Positions 47,001-55,917 of a DNA stretch of 64,000 bases are shown piece after piece. The position numbers were made by a program, and so were the translations under genes. Position 1 is the first letter of the stretch. Each line of letters starts with the position of its first letter. The notes under the pieces are model-generated. The model had not been told where the DNA came from. It saw only the letters and a list, made by a program, of their open reading frames with translations, and searched no databases. Source of the DNA: Rebecca billardiae RCC1528 (Eukaryota; Protista; Haptophyta); assembly GCA_965240325.2 (NCBI GenBank), contig OZ251232.1, positions 62,001-126,000 of the forward strand, given 5' to 3'.

Positions 47001-49260
47001 ACTGCGGCGGCGGCGGCGTGCAGACGGCCGCATCGGCGCGGAGCGGTCGCACGCCGCCGCCCGCGCTCTCCGGCGCTGCTGCCACGGAGCGGCCGCGGCC
47101 GCGCGCGCGGACGGCGCCGCGCGCGCGCGCGCCCGCGCCTGCGTCGACGCCGCCTTCGGTGCCGCGGGCTTGGCCGCCGTCGTCGAGCTCGCCCTCGTCG
47201 GCGCTGCCGCCGGTCTCGGCGCCGACACGCCGCCCCGCGCGCTCGGCCTCTGCTCGGTCGTCCTCGCCGCCGCCGCCGCCGCTGTCGCGCGCGCGCGTCC
47301 GCACGCGTGCCGCTGCGGAGCGTGTGCGCTCTGTGCGCGTGCGTGTGTGTGGCGCCGCTGCTGCTGCTGGGAGTGGGCGTGTGCTGGGGCTGCTGCTGCG
47401 GCTGGCCTCCGACAGGCCGCCGCCGCTGCTGCTGCTGCCGCCGCTGCCGCTGCTGCTGCCGCTGCTGCTGCTGCTGCTGTCGCCGCCCTCTTCGCCGGAG
47501 GCGTCCGGGCCCTCCGCGCACGCGCACGCCCTGCGCCGCGCCGCCGCGCGAGCCGCCTCGTCCGCGGGCGCGCGCTCCGCACCGGGCGCGCGCTCCGCAC
47601 CGGGCGCGCGCGCAGAGGCTGGGCTGTCCGCGCCGCGGCGCGCGCGCCCGCTGCGCCGTCCGCCGTCCGGAGCCGCGCCGGGGCGCGCGCGCCGCGGCGT
47701 GGCGGGGCCGGGCGACCGCGCGCGCGGGGGCGAGGCCTGCGCTCCCGCCTCCGCTCGCCTCCTGCCGCTGCCACCGCCGGGCGGCGTGTGCGCGCTCGGC
47801 TGCGGCGGCTGCGGCTGCGGCGGCTGCGGCTGCGGCTGCGGCTGCGGCTGCGGCTGCGGCTGCGGCGGCTGCGGCTGCGGCTGCGGCTGCGGCTGCGGCT
47901 GCGGCTGCGGCTGCGGCTGCGGCTGCGGCTGCGGCTGCGGCTGCGGCGTGGCCGGCGCGGCGGCCGCCTCGTGCGCCACGTGCGCGGAGAGCGCAAGCAC
48001 GTGCACCACCGCGAGCGACTCGCCCGCGCTGCTCACGCCGGCGCCGCCCGCGCGCGCGCGCGCGGGCGTGTGGTCACTCGGCGCGGCGCCCGCCACCGCC
48101 GCGCCGTCGCTGCCGCCGATCGCGAGGGCGACGGCGAGTGGCGGCGCGCCGTCGGCGCCCGGCTCGTCCGCGCCGGGCGGGAGCAGCACCGCGCCCGCGC
48201 GCACGCCCACCAGCGCGTGTTTCAGCCGCGCGCCCGGCGCCTGCCCCGCCGCCGCCAGCGCGTGCCACGTCAGGCTCTCGAGGTCGAGGCAGCTCAGGTC
48301 AGCCAATGGGAGCGCGCCGCCCGCCGACCCGCCGTGCACGAGGGCGTAGCGGCCGGCGGAGACGACGAGCGCGGCGGCGTTGTACCGCGGCGCGACGCGG
48401 CCGCGCGTGTCGCAGCGCGAGAGCGTCGCCTCGCTCAGCGGCGAGCCGCCGCCGCCGCCGTCGCGACCGGCCGACGGCGGCACCGCACCGCCGCCGCCGC
48501 CGCCGCCGCCGCGCTCGCCCTCGCGAGGCGGCCGCGCGTGCACGTGCAGCGCGAGAAGCTCGGCGACGGCGCGGCCGTCGACGGAGCCGCCGAAGACGTA
48601 CATCGTCCACGGCTCCTGCTCGCGCGCGAACGCCACCGCGCCCAGCCGCCCGCGCACGTCCGACGCGCCGCCGCCGCCGCCGCCGCCGCCGGCCGCGCTG
48701 GGCGGCGGCGCGACGCGCGGATACCGCCACGCGCCGCGCGGCGAGGCGGCGCAGGGCAGCTCGAGCGCGACGAGCTCGCGCGAGTAGTGCCCACCCGCCG
48801 AGCCCTCGGGCGCGACGAAGCCGCCAAAGTACAGGATCGCCTGCGCGCCCAGCGCCGAGTCTGCGCGCGCGGGCAGCGCGCACGCGCAGTGGCCGACGCG
48901 CGCGGCGGGCGCGCGCCCCTCGGCGCGCACGGGGCGCCAGGCGAGGCGCGGCACGTCGAGGCAGTGGGCGTCGCGGAAGATCGTGCCGCCGTCGCCCCCG
49001 CCGAACACGTACAGCTCGTCGCCCACCAGCGTCGCCGCGTGCCACGCGCGCGGCGCCGGGAGCGGCCCGGCGCACGGCGCGTGCGCCCACCGCATCGAGC
49101 GCACGTCGAGCACGGCGAGCTGCGCGCCGCTCGCCGGCGCGCCGCCGAGCACGAGGAGGCGGTCGTCGTACGCCGAGACGCTGTGCCCCATCCGCGGCCC
49201 CGGCGCCGCGCCCACCGTCTCGGCCGCCGCCCACTCCGCGCGGAGCGGCGGGCGCGCCAT
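44083..49260 (-). CDS. Kelch beta-propeller + coiled-coil protein with an array of TQT-like motifs (~1,725 aa)
   Basis: N-terminal kelch repeats (PRMGHS..LLVLGG, PRAWHA..LYVFGG, RVGHC..ILYFGG, MYVFGG, LVHGG, RLKHA). Then a PQ repeat, an Ala/Glu/Arg coiled coil and the motif array. First ATG at 49260 (the track start is GTG). Confidence 0.85.
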   Translation of the reverse strand: MARPPLRAEWAAAETVGAAPGPRMGHSVSAYDDRLLVLGGAPASGAQLAVLDVRSMRWAHAPCAGPLPAPRAWHAATLVGDELYVFGGGDGGTIFRDAHCLDVPRLAWRPVRAEGRAPAARVGHCACALPARADSALGAQAILYFGGFVAPEGSAGGHYSRELVALELPCAASPRGAWRYPRVAPPPSAAGGGGGGGGASDVRGRLGAVAFAREQEPWTMYVFGGSVDGRAVAELLALHVHARPPREGERGGGGGGGGAVPPSAGRDGGGGGSPLSEATLSRCDTRGRVAPRYNAAALVVSAGRYALVHGGSAGGALPLADLSCLDLESLTWHALAAAGQAPGARLKHALVGVRAGAVLLPPGADEPGADGAPPLAVALAIGGSDGAAVAGAAPSDHTPARARAGGAGVSSAGESLAVVHVLALSAHVAHEAAAAPATPQPQPQPQPQPQPQPQPQPQPQPQPQPPQPQPQPQPQPQPQPPQPQPPQPSAHTPPGGGSGRRRAEAGAQASPPRARSPGPATPRRARPGAAPDGGRRSGRARRGADSPASARAPGAERAPGAERAPADEAARAAARRRACACAEGPDASGEEGGDSSSSSSGSSSGSGGSSSSGGGLSEASRSSSPSTRPLPAAAAAPHTRTRTERTRSAAARVRTRARDSGGGGGEDDRAEAERAGRRVGAETGGSADEGELDDGGQARGTEGGVDAGAGARARGAVRARGRGRSVAAAPESAGGGVRPLRADAAVCTPPPPQSSSAAAARAARAPRTAPHAHRAHAARAAGGGGAADSDSAAARAARAEAERAAAEGLALRASLGAMAAAAGARAAELGAAREEAAAARRALDGARAELGVHATALEAARADAAARAAEAEGARATAEQHAALLGAMSAQLGAERARAADAEAARAAAEAEAGAARARADAGAADAAAARAEAAEAARAAADAAAALESALGGARAALAAAEAQRAAAADADGARDAALRAARREAAAEAAARADADARARAAERRAAALGAELSAARARADASAHEHGSRRARDAARAADALEGAARARDDAAAALAAVGGIADAARAEAGGALRVALELEAACAALAHAAEAEAGAEAASARPERDTPRAAAAADGSAGSAAAEPAAEPAAQPAAQPAAERPAARAAAVAARGTQAAPRCAHARSQTDAAAVVDAATDAGGGVAAAAPPPSRAAHAHTQTGGAAARRAAHTQTACARTRDAGEQACARTRDAGTDAGGEGWARRGAAREQGVQAVPPPPPPRVAAAVQVDAPPPPPPSVAVQTAPLPAAASTQTTPPRAPRPCSVGVQAAEEQAAPAAVAAAETRSVGAQATAATRAVGAQARAPADSPPRAPSSVPAAAPTAPQPPAAHPAAAAGAPLRAAVPPPAIAPAAAAPPWPACAHSAGGPSVACVGVQATDTRSLGAQTSPRPDPQPGAEHWHWQRAPGGDAWQHGPSGAGGAPGAALGLALPPYHHARLAQPPAVPGGAASPLVQPPPWQPPPHAAAHTPPPGPAPAHGGHAAAAAVPAAASPAPAARADTAGAAALHSELAAELGHLRAELASMRAERAAAARQEPSARAHGTPPPASPAAAREGVAGSAGGDAAGASGRATADAARAQPSSPPPSPPPRDRAAAPAPPPAERARRAASGARLSELAEQQEVCTAATLFWLSRYYDVGGSAEVLRLAEDGGVQLVVPDDGPQQRLADVSPQRLRAAPYCYSCP
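47798..47947. repeat. (GGCTGC)n coding hexamer repeat, poly-(PQ) on the minus strand
   Basis: Direct reading. Confidence 0.95.
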
Positions 49261-49433
49261 CCCGCGGCAACCCCCGTGCTGCAGCCAGCAAGGCTGGGCC
49301 GCTCGCCACCGGTCATTCCAGCCACCGGCCACCCGCCCCGCCAGTCCGGGGGAGGCGCCGACCGAGGCGAGGAGGCCGCGGCCGGCTCGACTCGACGTCC
49401 CGCATCGGTCTCGGCCGTGGCCTGCCCATCAGC

Positions 49434-49576
49434 ATGCTGCTCACGCGCGCGCTCCGCATCGGCGCGGCGGCGAGCGTGTCGATCGCCGCGGCGGCGGCCG
49501 TCTCGCACGGCGCGCCATCGTTCTGCGCCACCGACACGCCCGGCAGCGGCCTCGCCCTCTCGCGGCTGCGCGCGGC

Positions 49577-49607
<31 letters not shown>

Positions 49608-50488
49608 GCGGCCGCACGTGCGCCGCGCTTCGGCGGCAAGACGTTCATCGTGACGGGCGGCACGTCGGGCGTGGGCGAGGCGGTGGCGACGCGGCTCGCG
49701 TCGGAGGGCGCCGCGGGGATCACCATCGTCGGGCGCAGCGCCGAGCGCGGCGCCGCCGTCGTGAGCAAGCTGCAGGCGCTCGGCTGCCGCGCGCAGTTTG
49801 TGCGCGCGGCCATGGACGTGGTCGCGGACGTGCGCGCGGTCGTGCCGGCGCACGAGAAGGCGTTCGGCTCGGTCGACGGGCTCGCGAACTGCGCGGGGGA
49901 CACCTCGCGCGGCGGCCTTCTCGACCAGTCCGTCGAGTCGTGGGACACCCTCTTCGCCGTGAACGCGCGCGCCCCCTTCCTGCTGATGCAGGCGTCGTGC
50001 GAGCTGATGAAGCGCACAGGCAAGCAGGGCGCCATCGTGAATGTCATCACGATCACGAGCCACGGCGGGCAGCCGTACCTGTGCGGGTACGCGGCGTCGA
50101 AGGGCGCGCTCGTCACGCTCACCAAGAACGCCGCGCACGCGCTGCGCCGCGAGCGCATCCGCGTGAACGGCATCAACATCGGCTGGACGGCGAGCGCGGC
50201 CGAGCACCGCACGCAGGTGGCGAGCGGTGCGGGCGAGGACTGGCTGGAGAAGGCCAAGGAGAAGGAAAGCGCACGCGGGCGCGCGCGCGGGCGCGGGCGG
50301 GCGCGCGGGCCTCACGCCGCGTCCCGCTCGCCCTTCCCCGGTGCCCCACGCCGCAGGTGCCGTTCGGCAAGCTGGTGCAGCCCGAGGACATCGCCGCGCT
50401 GAGCGCCTTCCTCCTCTCCGCAGAGTCGGGCGTGATGACCGGCTCGGTGATCGACATGGACCAGATGGTGATCGGCGGCTACGACTGA
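49434..50488 (+). CDS. Classical short-chain dehydrogenase/reductase, bacterial-type, with N-terminal targeting-like extension (exons 49434-50264, 50357-50488; ~320 aa)
   Basis: TGGTSGVG, NCAG, YAASK, IRVNGINIGW. The C-terminus PFGKLVQPEDIA...TGSVIDMDQ is in another frame, so an intron is required. Confidence 0.9.
50265..50356 (+). other. Probable non-canonical GA-AG intron (92 nt)
   Basis: Donor AAG|GAAAGC, branch-like CCTCAC at 50310, acceptor CCGCAG|GTG. The only in-phase GT alternatives delete the DWLEKA helix or leave no usable intron. Confidence 0.6.
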
Positions 50489-51173
50489 GGCCCCAGGGCG
50501 GGCCGCGCGGGGCGGCTGCTGCGGCGCGCTCGCGCGAGGCCGCCATCATCCTCGCGCGAAGAGCCCGCCGCCGTATCAATCGCGTGTGGTCGTCGTGTCG
50601 TCACCGGAGCTGAACTGCGCTTGTGGGTCTTGTGGCCAACGCGTCCGCGGCTCCCCGAGGCCGAGCCGCCCGATACCGAGGGAGGACCGCGGTGACGTGC
50701 ACCGGCGGCGCCTCGCCCAGTAGATGAGCTAGTGTGTGTACAGTAACTAGTACTGAATGCGTCGGATGTGTCTGAACGGCGGCAAGAACCCCGGTGGCGG
50801 CCGGGCCGACAGCCAACTGCTCCCGACGCTAGTACTGAGCAGACTCCGGTCTATGCGTACTGTACAGAGCCGTCTGCGGTCTAAGCGAAGCGTGCGGCCG
50901 TGCGCGTTGCGCCGGCATGAGGCGCCACGGACCGGGAGCAGCACCGACCATGGTCGGCCGCGTGACAATCGAGGAGTGCAACGGATGGCAGACCGCAGCT
51001 GGGCACGGCGAGTCGCGACCACCGAGCACGCCGACGCGTCACAGGCTCCACGCGCCCTTGGCGCCACCACGCAGGGATGGCCAAGCGTCGCGGCCGAGCG
51101 CGCGCTGTGCGCCGTCGGCCGCCGCCGAAGGTACGGAGGGGCCCGGCCGAGGGCGTCGCTGGCGCCGTGCGGC

Positions 51174-51446
51174 TCACTTGCTCATCGCGCGCTTCGCGCC
51201 CTCGAGCACGTGGTTCTGCTGCGGGTACAGCTGCGAGATGAGCGCCTGCCTGCGCACCATGTGCAGCTGCCGCTCCGCCTCCGAGAGCATCGCGCCGACG
51301 GTCGCGCCGTCCTTCTCGCCCATGTGCTCGCGGAAGCCCAGCCGCACGCGGCGCAGCGCGTACTCGCGGAAGTTGTAGTTGCTGAACTGGCTGCTCGTGC
51401 GCATCAGCTCGCGGAAGAGCCGCAGGGCGCGTGTGCGGTTCTCCAT
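51174..51446 (-). CDS. LYRM4: LYR-motif protein 4 (ISD11), Fe-S cluster assembly cofactor (90 aa)
   Basis: LRLFRELMRTSSQFSNYNFREYALRRVRLGFRE...LHMVRRQALISQLY. Confidence 0.93.
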   Translation of the reverse strand: MENRTRALRLFRELMRTSSQFSNYNFREYALRRVRLGFREHMGEKDGATVGAMLSEAERQLHMVRRQALISQLYPQQNHVLEGAKRAMSK

Positions 51447-51723
51447 GCCGGCTGCCGCGTGGTGCACCTCACCGCTTGTTTGCCCGCCGCCGCGACGACG
51501 CTTCCGAACCGCGGACGGCGAAGGCCAGTGCGCTGCGCCGTGAAGGATCCTCCTCGAAGATTCGACGGGATTCCTCCGCTGCGGTGAGTGAGCAGCGCCA
51601 AGTCACAGCTTCACGAATCACGATGGCGGCCGTGCGCCGCGCGCGGCTCGTGACTAGTAACTACGCGTCAGTCGTCAGTGCATCGCGGGGCGTGTTGATG
51701 CACGTGCCGGCTGCGAGGGCGTG

Positions 51724-54514
51724 TCAGCAGAAGAGGTAGGTGCGCTGCTCGCCCTCGAGCATCTCCGCCGCGCGCGCCGGCCCGACCGCGCGCTGCAGCT
51801 GCAGCGCGTCGTACGCGCAGAAGAGGCTGAGCACGGTGTGGCTGCCGCCGCCGCCGCCGCCGCCGGGCGCGGCGCCGTCGGGCGCGCCGGCGTGCGCGGC
51901 GCGGATGAGGTTGGCCACCTCGGCGAAGAAGTGCGCGAAGAGCGGCAGCCCGTAGAAGCACACGTGCCGCACGCCGCGCACCGGCGTGCGCGAGAAGAAG
52001 TGCGCGCGCTCGGTCGTCAGCAGCACGCGCTTGTCGCCGCGCGCAAACGCGGCGCGCAAGCGCGCCGCGTCCCTCGCGGCCGCGTACTCGGAGAGCTCGG
52101 CGAGCTCGAGGTCGGCGGCGCGCAGCCGGTTGCGCAGGCGCACCCAGTCGAAGTACGAGGGCACGAGCACCAGCGTCCCCGCGCCGCGCGTGCCCAGCCT
52201 GTCCTCGAGCAGCGGCAGCACCTGCGCGCGCAGTCACGCGCGCACGAGCGCGCCCGCACGCCGCGCGCGCGCGCACGAAACGGGTCGGCGCGAGCTCGCG
52301 CGCGATTGCGCGCGCTTGCGCGCGGAGGGTGGCGGCGGGCGTCGGCGCGCGGCGGCGGCGCGCGCGCACCTGCTCGACGAAGGCGTTGAAGCGCGCGTCC
52401 GCCACCTCGGCGGGCGTGCGCGCGCCAAACCGGCTGAACACGAAGCGCAGCGCGGGCGAGAGCGCCGCGCGGATGTGGCCCGCGCCCGGCGGCGCGCGCA
52501 CGCGCACGAGCCCGCCGACCGACGCGCAGCGCACGCGCATCAGCGCGGAGGCGTCGGCGGAGGCGTGCTCGGCGAGCAGCACGGTCTGCCGCACGTGCCG
52601 CCCGAGGCCCTCCAGGCAGTACCGGTGCACGCGGCCAAAGTCCGTCTCGCCCACGACGCTCGGCACGCGGTTGCACGCGCCCAGCGCCGCGTGCACGTGC
52701 GCCCAGTTCTGCATCGCGAGGCAGCACGCGGGCCAGAGCAGCGCGAGCTCGATGGAGGAGAGCGCGGCGGAGGCGGGGCCGGGGCCGGCGCCGTCGCCGA
52801 GCAGCTCGCGCCACACGCCGAGCGGCGAGGCGAGCAGGATGTCCGCGCGGCCCGCGGGCGCGTACGGGCGCAGCGCCCGGCGCGAGAGCCTCAGCCCGAG
52901 CACAAAGCAATCGTCACAGTTGCGCGCACGCGCCCTGGCGCCGCTCACGGAGCCGTCCGCGCGCACGGCGCGCGCGCCGCCGAAGAGGGAGACGTAGTCG
53001 AGCGGGCGCGGCGCCTCGCGCGCGGCGCGCCGGCGCTCGAGCGCGCGCGCCTGCTTCTTGCTCAGCGCCACGCCCGCCGCCGCCGCCGCCGCCGCCGCCG
53101 CCTCCAGCTCGTCATCGCCGTCCGCGCCCGCCGCGGCGGCGGCGCCGTCCGCGTCCGCGCCGGCGGCGTCGTCGTCGTCCGCGCCGAACTCGGCGCGCAG
53201 CCGCTCGGCCTTGAGGACCGAGACGCCCTCCACGCCCGCGCCGCCGTCCTTCGGCCGCCGCCCCTTCCGCCCCGCGCCGCCCCCGTGCGCGGGCAGCAGC
53301 GCGGCAATCGCCTCCGCGGCGGCGAGCGCGTCTTGCCTGAAGGGCAGCAGCAGCAGCACGCGCGCGCGGCTGAAGCCCTGGTCGCGCGCGCCGTCGCTCT
53401 CGGCGTCGGAGTCGGGGTCCGGGGCGGAGGGCGCGGGGGCGCGGGCGGGCGCGGCGCCGCCCGCCGCTTCGCCCGATTCCGAGTCCGAGGCCGCCGCGCC
53501 CGCCGCGCCGCCGCCGCCGCCGCCACCCGCGCGCGGCGCGCGCGCGCCGCCCTGCGCACTCGCCGCGCGCGCGCGCGCGCGCCGCTCGACCGCCTCCGTG
53601 TTGGCGAGCACGCGGCGGCGGGGGCGCGTGACGTGGTCCGCGGCGTACGCGCAGAGCAGCGGCACGAGCTCGTCGCGCATCCGCTCGTAGCACCCCACGC
53701 CGCCCAGCGTGCCGTGCAGGTCGGCCAGCTCGACGTCGTGCCCGGCGCGCAGCCAGCCGCCAAGCTCGGCCTGCGCGCGCGTGAGCTGCGCGCGCCCGGG
53801 CCGCGAGGCGCGCCACCGCGCCGCGACGTCGGGCAGGACGAGCTCGTCGATGGCGCGCAGCGGCGGCGGGCCGCCCTCCGCCGGCGCCTCGCGCGTGCCG
53901 TGCAGCGAGCACTCGCCGAGCGCCGCGCTCCACCGGGCCACCGGCGCGGCCGCGCCGCCGGGCTCGGCGCCGCCCCCGCCATCCGGCGTGCCGCGCGCGG
54001 CGGCGATGCGGCCGGGCTCCTCCCACGGCGCGCAGAAGCGGCGCTCGTACCGCTCGTCCGACGCGCCCGCCGCCGCGTCCGCGCCCTCCTCGCTCACCAG
54101 CTCCGCGCTCGCGGCCGCGCGGTCCGCCTCGGCTGCGCCCGCACCCGCCGCCGCCTCTGGCGGCGGCGGCTGCTGCTCCGCGCGCGCGGCCGTGGGCGCG
54201 CGCGCGCGCTTGCGCCCGCGCTCGCGCGCGAAGGAGGACATGAGCTGCGTCAGCGGGTCCACCGCAGGCAGCGCGTCTCGCGCGTCGTCCTCGCCGCTGC
54301 TGCCCGCCGCGCGCTCGTCGCCGCCGTCGTCGCGGTCGCCGCCGCCGGCTGCGCCCGCGCCGAGCGCGGCGCGCGAGGCTTGCGCGCGGTCGAGGGCCTC
54401 CTCGTCGAACTTGGCGAACACGCCGCCCTCGGGCGCGCTCAGATCCACGCCGCCGTCGTCAGCCCGCCCCTTGGGCTTCTTGCCCCGGCGCGACGACGCT
54501 CCCTTGGCGCCCAT
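51724..54514 (-). CDS. UTP25: U3 snoRNA-associated protein 25 (DEF/DIEXF) (exons 54514-52370, 52221-51724; ~880 aa)
   Basis: RDQGFSRARVLLLLPFR, DDCFVLG, ADILLASPLG, LSSIE, MQNWAHV, VPSYFDWVRLRN, LLTTERAHFF, FYGLP. Phase-0 GT..AG intron 52369-52222. Confidence 0.93.
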
Positions 54515-54662
54515 CGCCGTTGGCTTGCTCGCGGATGCGCGTGGCCACGCGGCTTTGCCCAGCCGCAGCAACGCGCCGGCACGCGAGTGCTGCGCGGGGC
54601 AGGGGCCGCAGCCACGTCCGGCCAGGCAAGGGGAGGCCAGGCCTCCATCCAGCGAGGCGTGC

Positions 54663-55529
54663 ATGCCGGCGACGACTCGCTGGCGCGCAAAGCGCAGGGC
54701 GGGGCGCGTCGGCCACCTGCCGCCCAGGCCGGCGCGCGCAGCGCTCGCCAGTACCGCGCCCCCGCGCCCCGCCACGCCCATCCCGGCGCCTCTCCTGCGC
54801 CGCTACCTCCACGCGGCCGCCCTGCCGGAGGCGGGCGCGCCGGGTGACAAGTCCAAGTGGTACGTGTACGCGCACCCGCTGGGCCCGCTCCGCGAGATCG
54901 CCCTCGAGCACCGGCGGCAGCTCGCCGCCATCCTCGGCCGCGCACGCGCGCACGCCGGCTGCGCGCGCGCCAACAGCTTCCACTTCCCGGCCGCGCACTG
55001 CACGCTCGGCTCCTTCTGCGCGCGCACACGCGAGGACGCGCACCGCGCGTGGGCGGAGCTCAGCGGGGTGCTCACGGCGGCGGCGCCGGGCGACGCGCGC
55101 GCGGACGGTCCGCCGCGCGCGCGGTGCCTGCCCCCCAAGCCCGACGGCCTCTTCGTCGCCGTGCGAGCGCCGCTGCTCGCGCGCGCCGCGGAGCGTCTGT
55201 CCGCGCTCGCGCCCCACGCGCCCCAGCTCGGGCTGAGCAACCTCACCTGCAGAGATGCGCACGGGCTGCACGTGACGCTCGCGTGCGACTACGGGCCTCT
55301 CTCCGACGCGCAGCGCCAGCGCGTCAGCGCGCTCGCCGCCGAGACCTCGGCGCGGCTCGCCCGCCTCTCCGCCGCTGACGGCTGGCTGCAGGTGCAGCGC
55401 TGGGACGTGCTGCTCTGGCGCCGCGCGGGCTACCGGGAGGGCGCAGGCGGCAACTCGGCGGGCACGTGGTCCGCAGAGCGCTGGCTGTCCAAGCTTATTC
55501 TCCCTCATCATGCCGGTGGCAGCCCTTAG
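54663..55529 (+). CDS. Stand-alone 2H phosphoesterase resembling the UBASH3/Sts 2H domain (288 aa)
   Basis: Two H-x-T motifs (AHCTLGSF, LHVTLA), N-terminal WYVYAHPLGPL and C-terminal WDVLLWRR. Confidence 0.7.
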   Translation: MPATTRWRAKRRAGRVGHLPPRPARAALASTAPPRPATPIPAPLLRRYLHAAALPEAGAPGDKSKWYVYAHPLGPLREIALEHRRQLAAILGRARAHAGCARANSFHFPAAHCTLGSFCARTREDAHRAWAELSGVLTAAAPGDARADGPPRARCLPPKPDGLFVAVRAPLLARAAERLSALAPHAPQLGLSNLTCRDAHGLHVTLACDYGPLSDAQRQRVSALAAETSARLARLSAADGWLQVQRWDVLLWRRAGYREGAGGNSAGTWSAERWLSKLILPHHAGGSP

Positions 55530-55917
55530 CGGCCTTGCTGTGTTCCTCGCTGAACAGCGGCAGGCGACCGTAGATGTGACCGAACATACGTCGCCCGGTA
55601 GTACTATCGGTAGGCGGCGGAGTCATCACTGGCGGCATCACTGACTGTCGCGTCCGGGACGGACTCAGCCGGCGCGGGCCGCTGGCTGCTGTCCACGACC
55701 GCCCGGCCCCGGGCCCGGGGCCGGGCCTCGCCGATCGCGCCAGGGGACGTACCGCGGTCATCCGTCAAGCACCGCCGCCGCCGCTAGTATAGGAGTATAC
55801 TGCCTAGATACTACAGCGCGCTACTTAGTACTTCATCGCTCCGCGCCGCGCATCAGTGTTCTGTCGTGCTGTTGATGCCAATCGACATCACTGCTATCGT
55901 CAGCACGCCGACCCGGG

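Noticed and set aside
44083-49260. Kelch gene as a RAG2-like partner of the CACAGTG element
   Set aside because: It lies outside the TIRs, has no PHD finger, looks like an ordinary host kelch/coiled-coil gene, and no RAG1-like ORF is present.
44255-50402. Plus-strand ORFs of 1,300-1,700 aa opposite the kelch gene
   Set aside because: Shadow frames. Only the 3' end of 45375..50402 (from 49434) is real and encodes the SDR.
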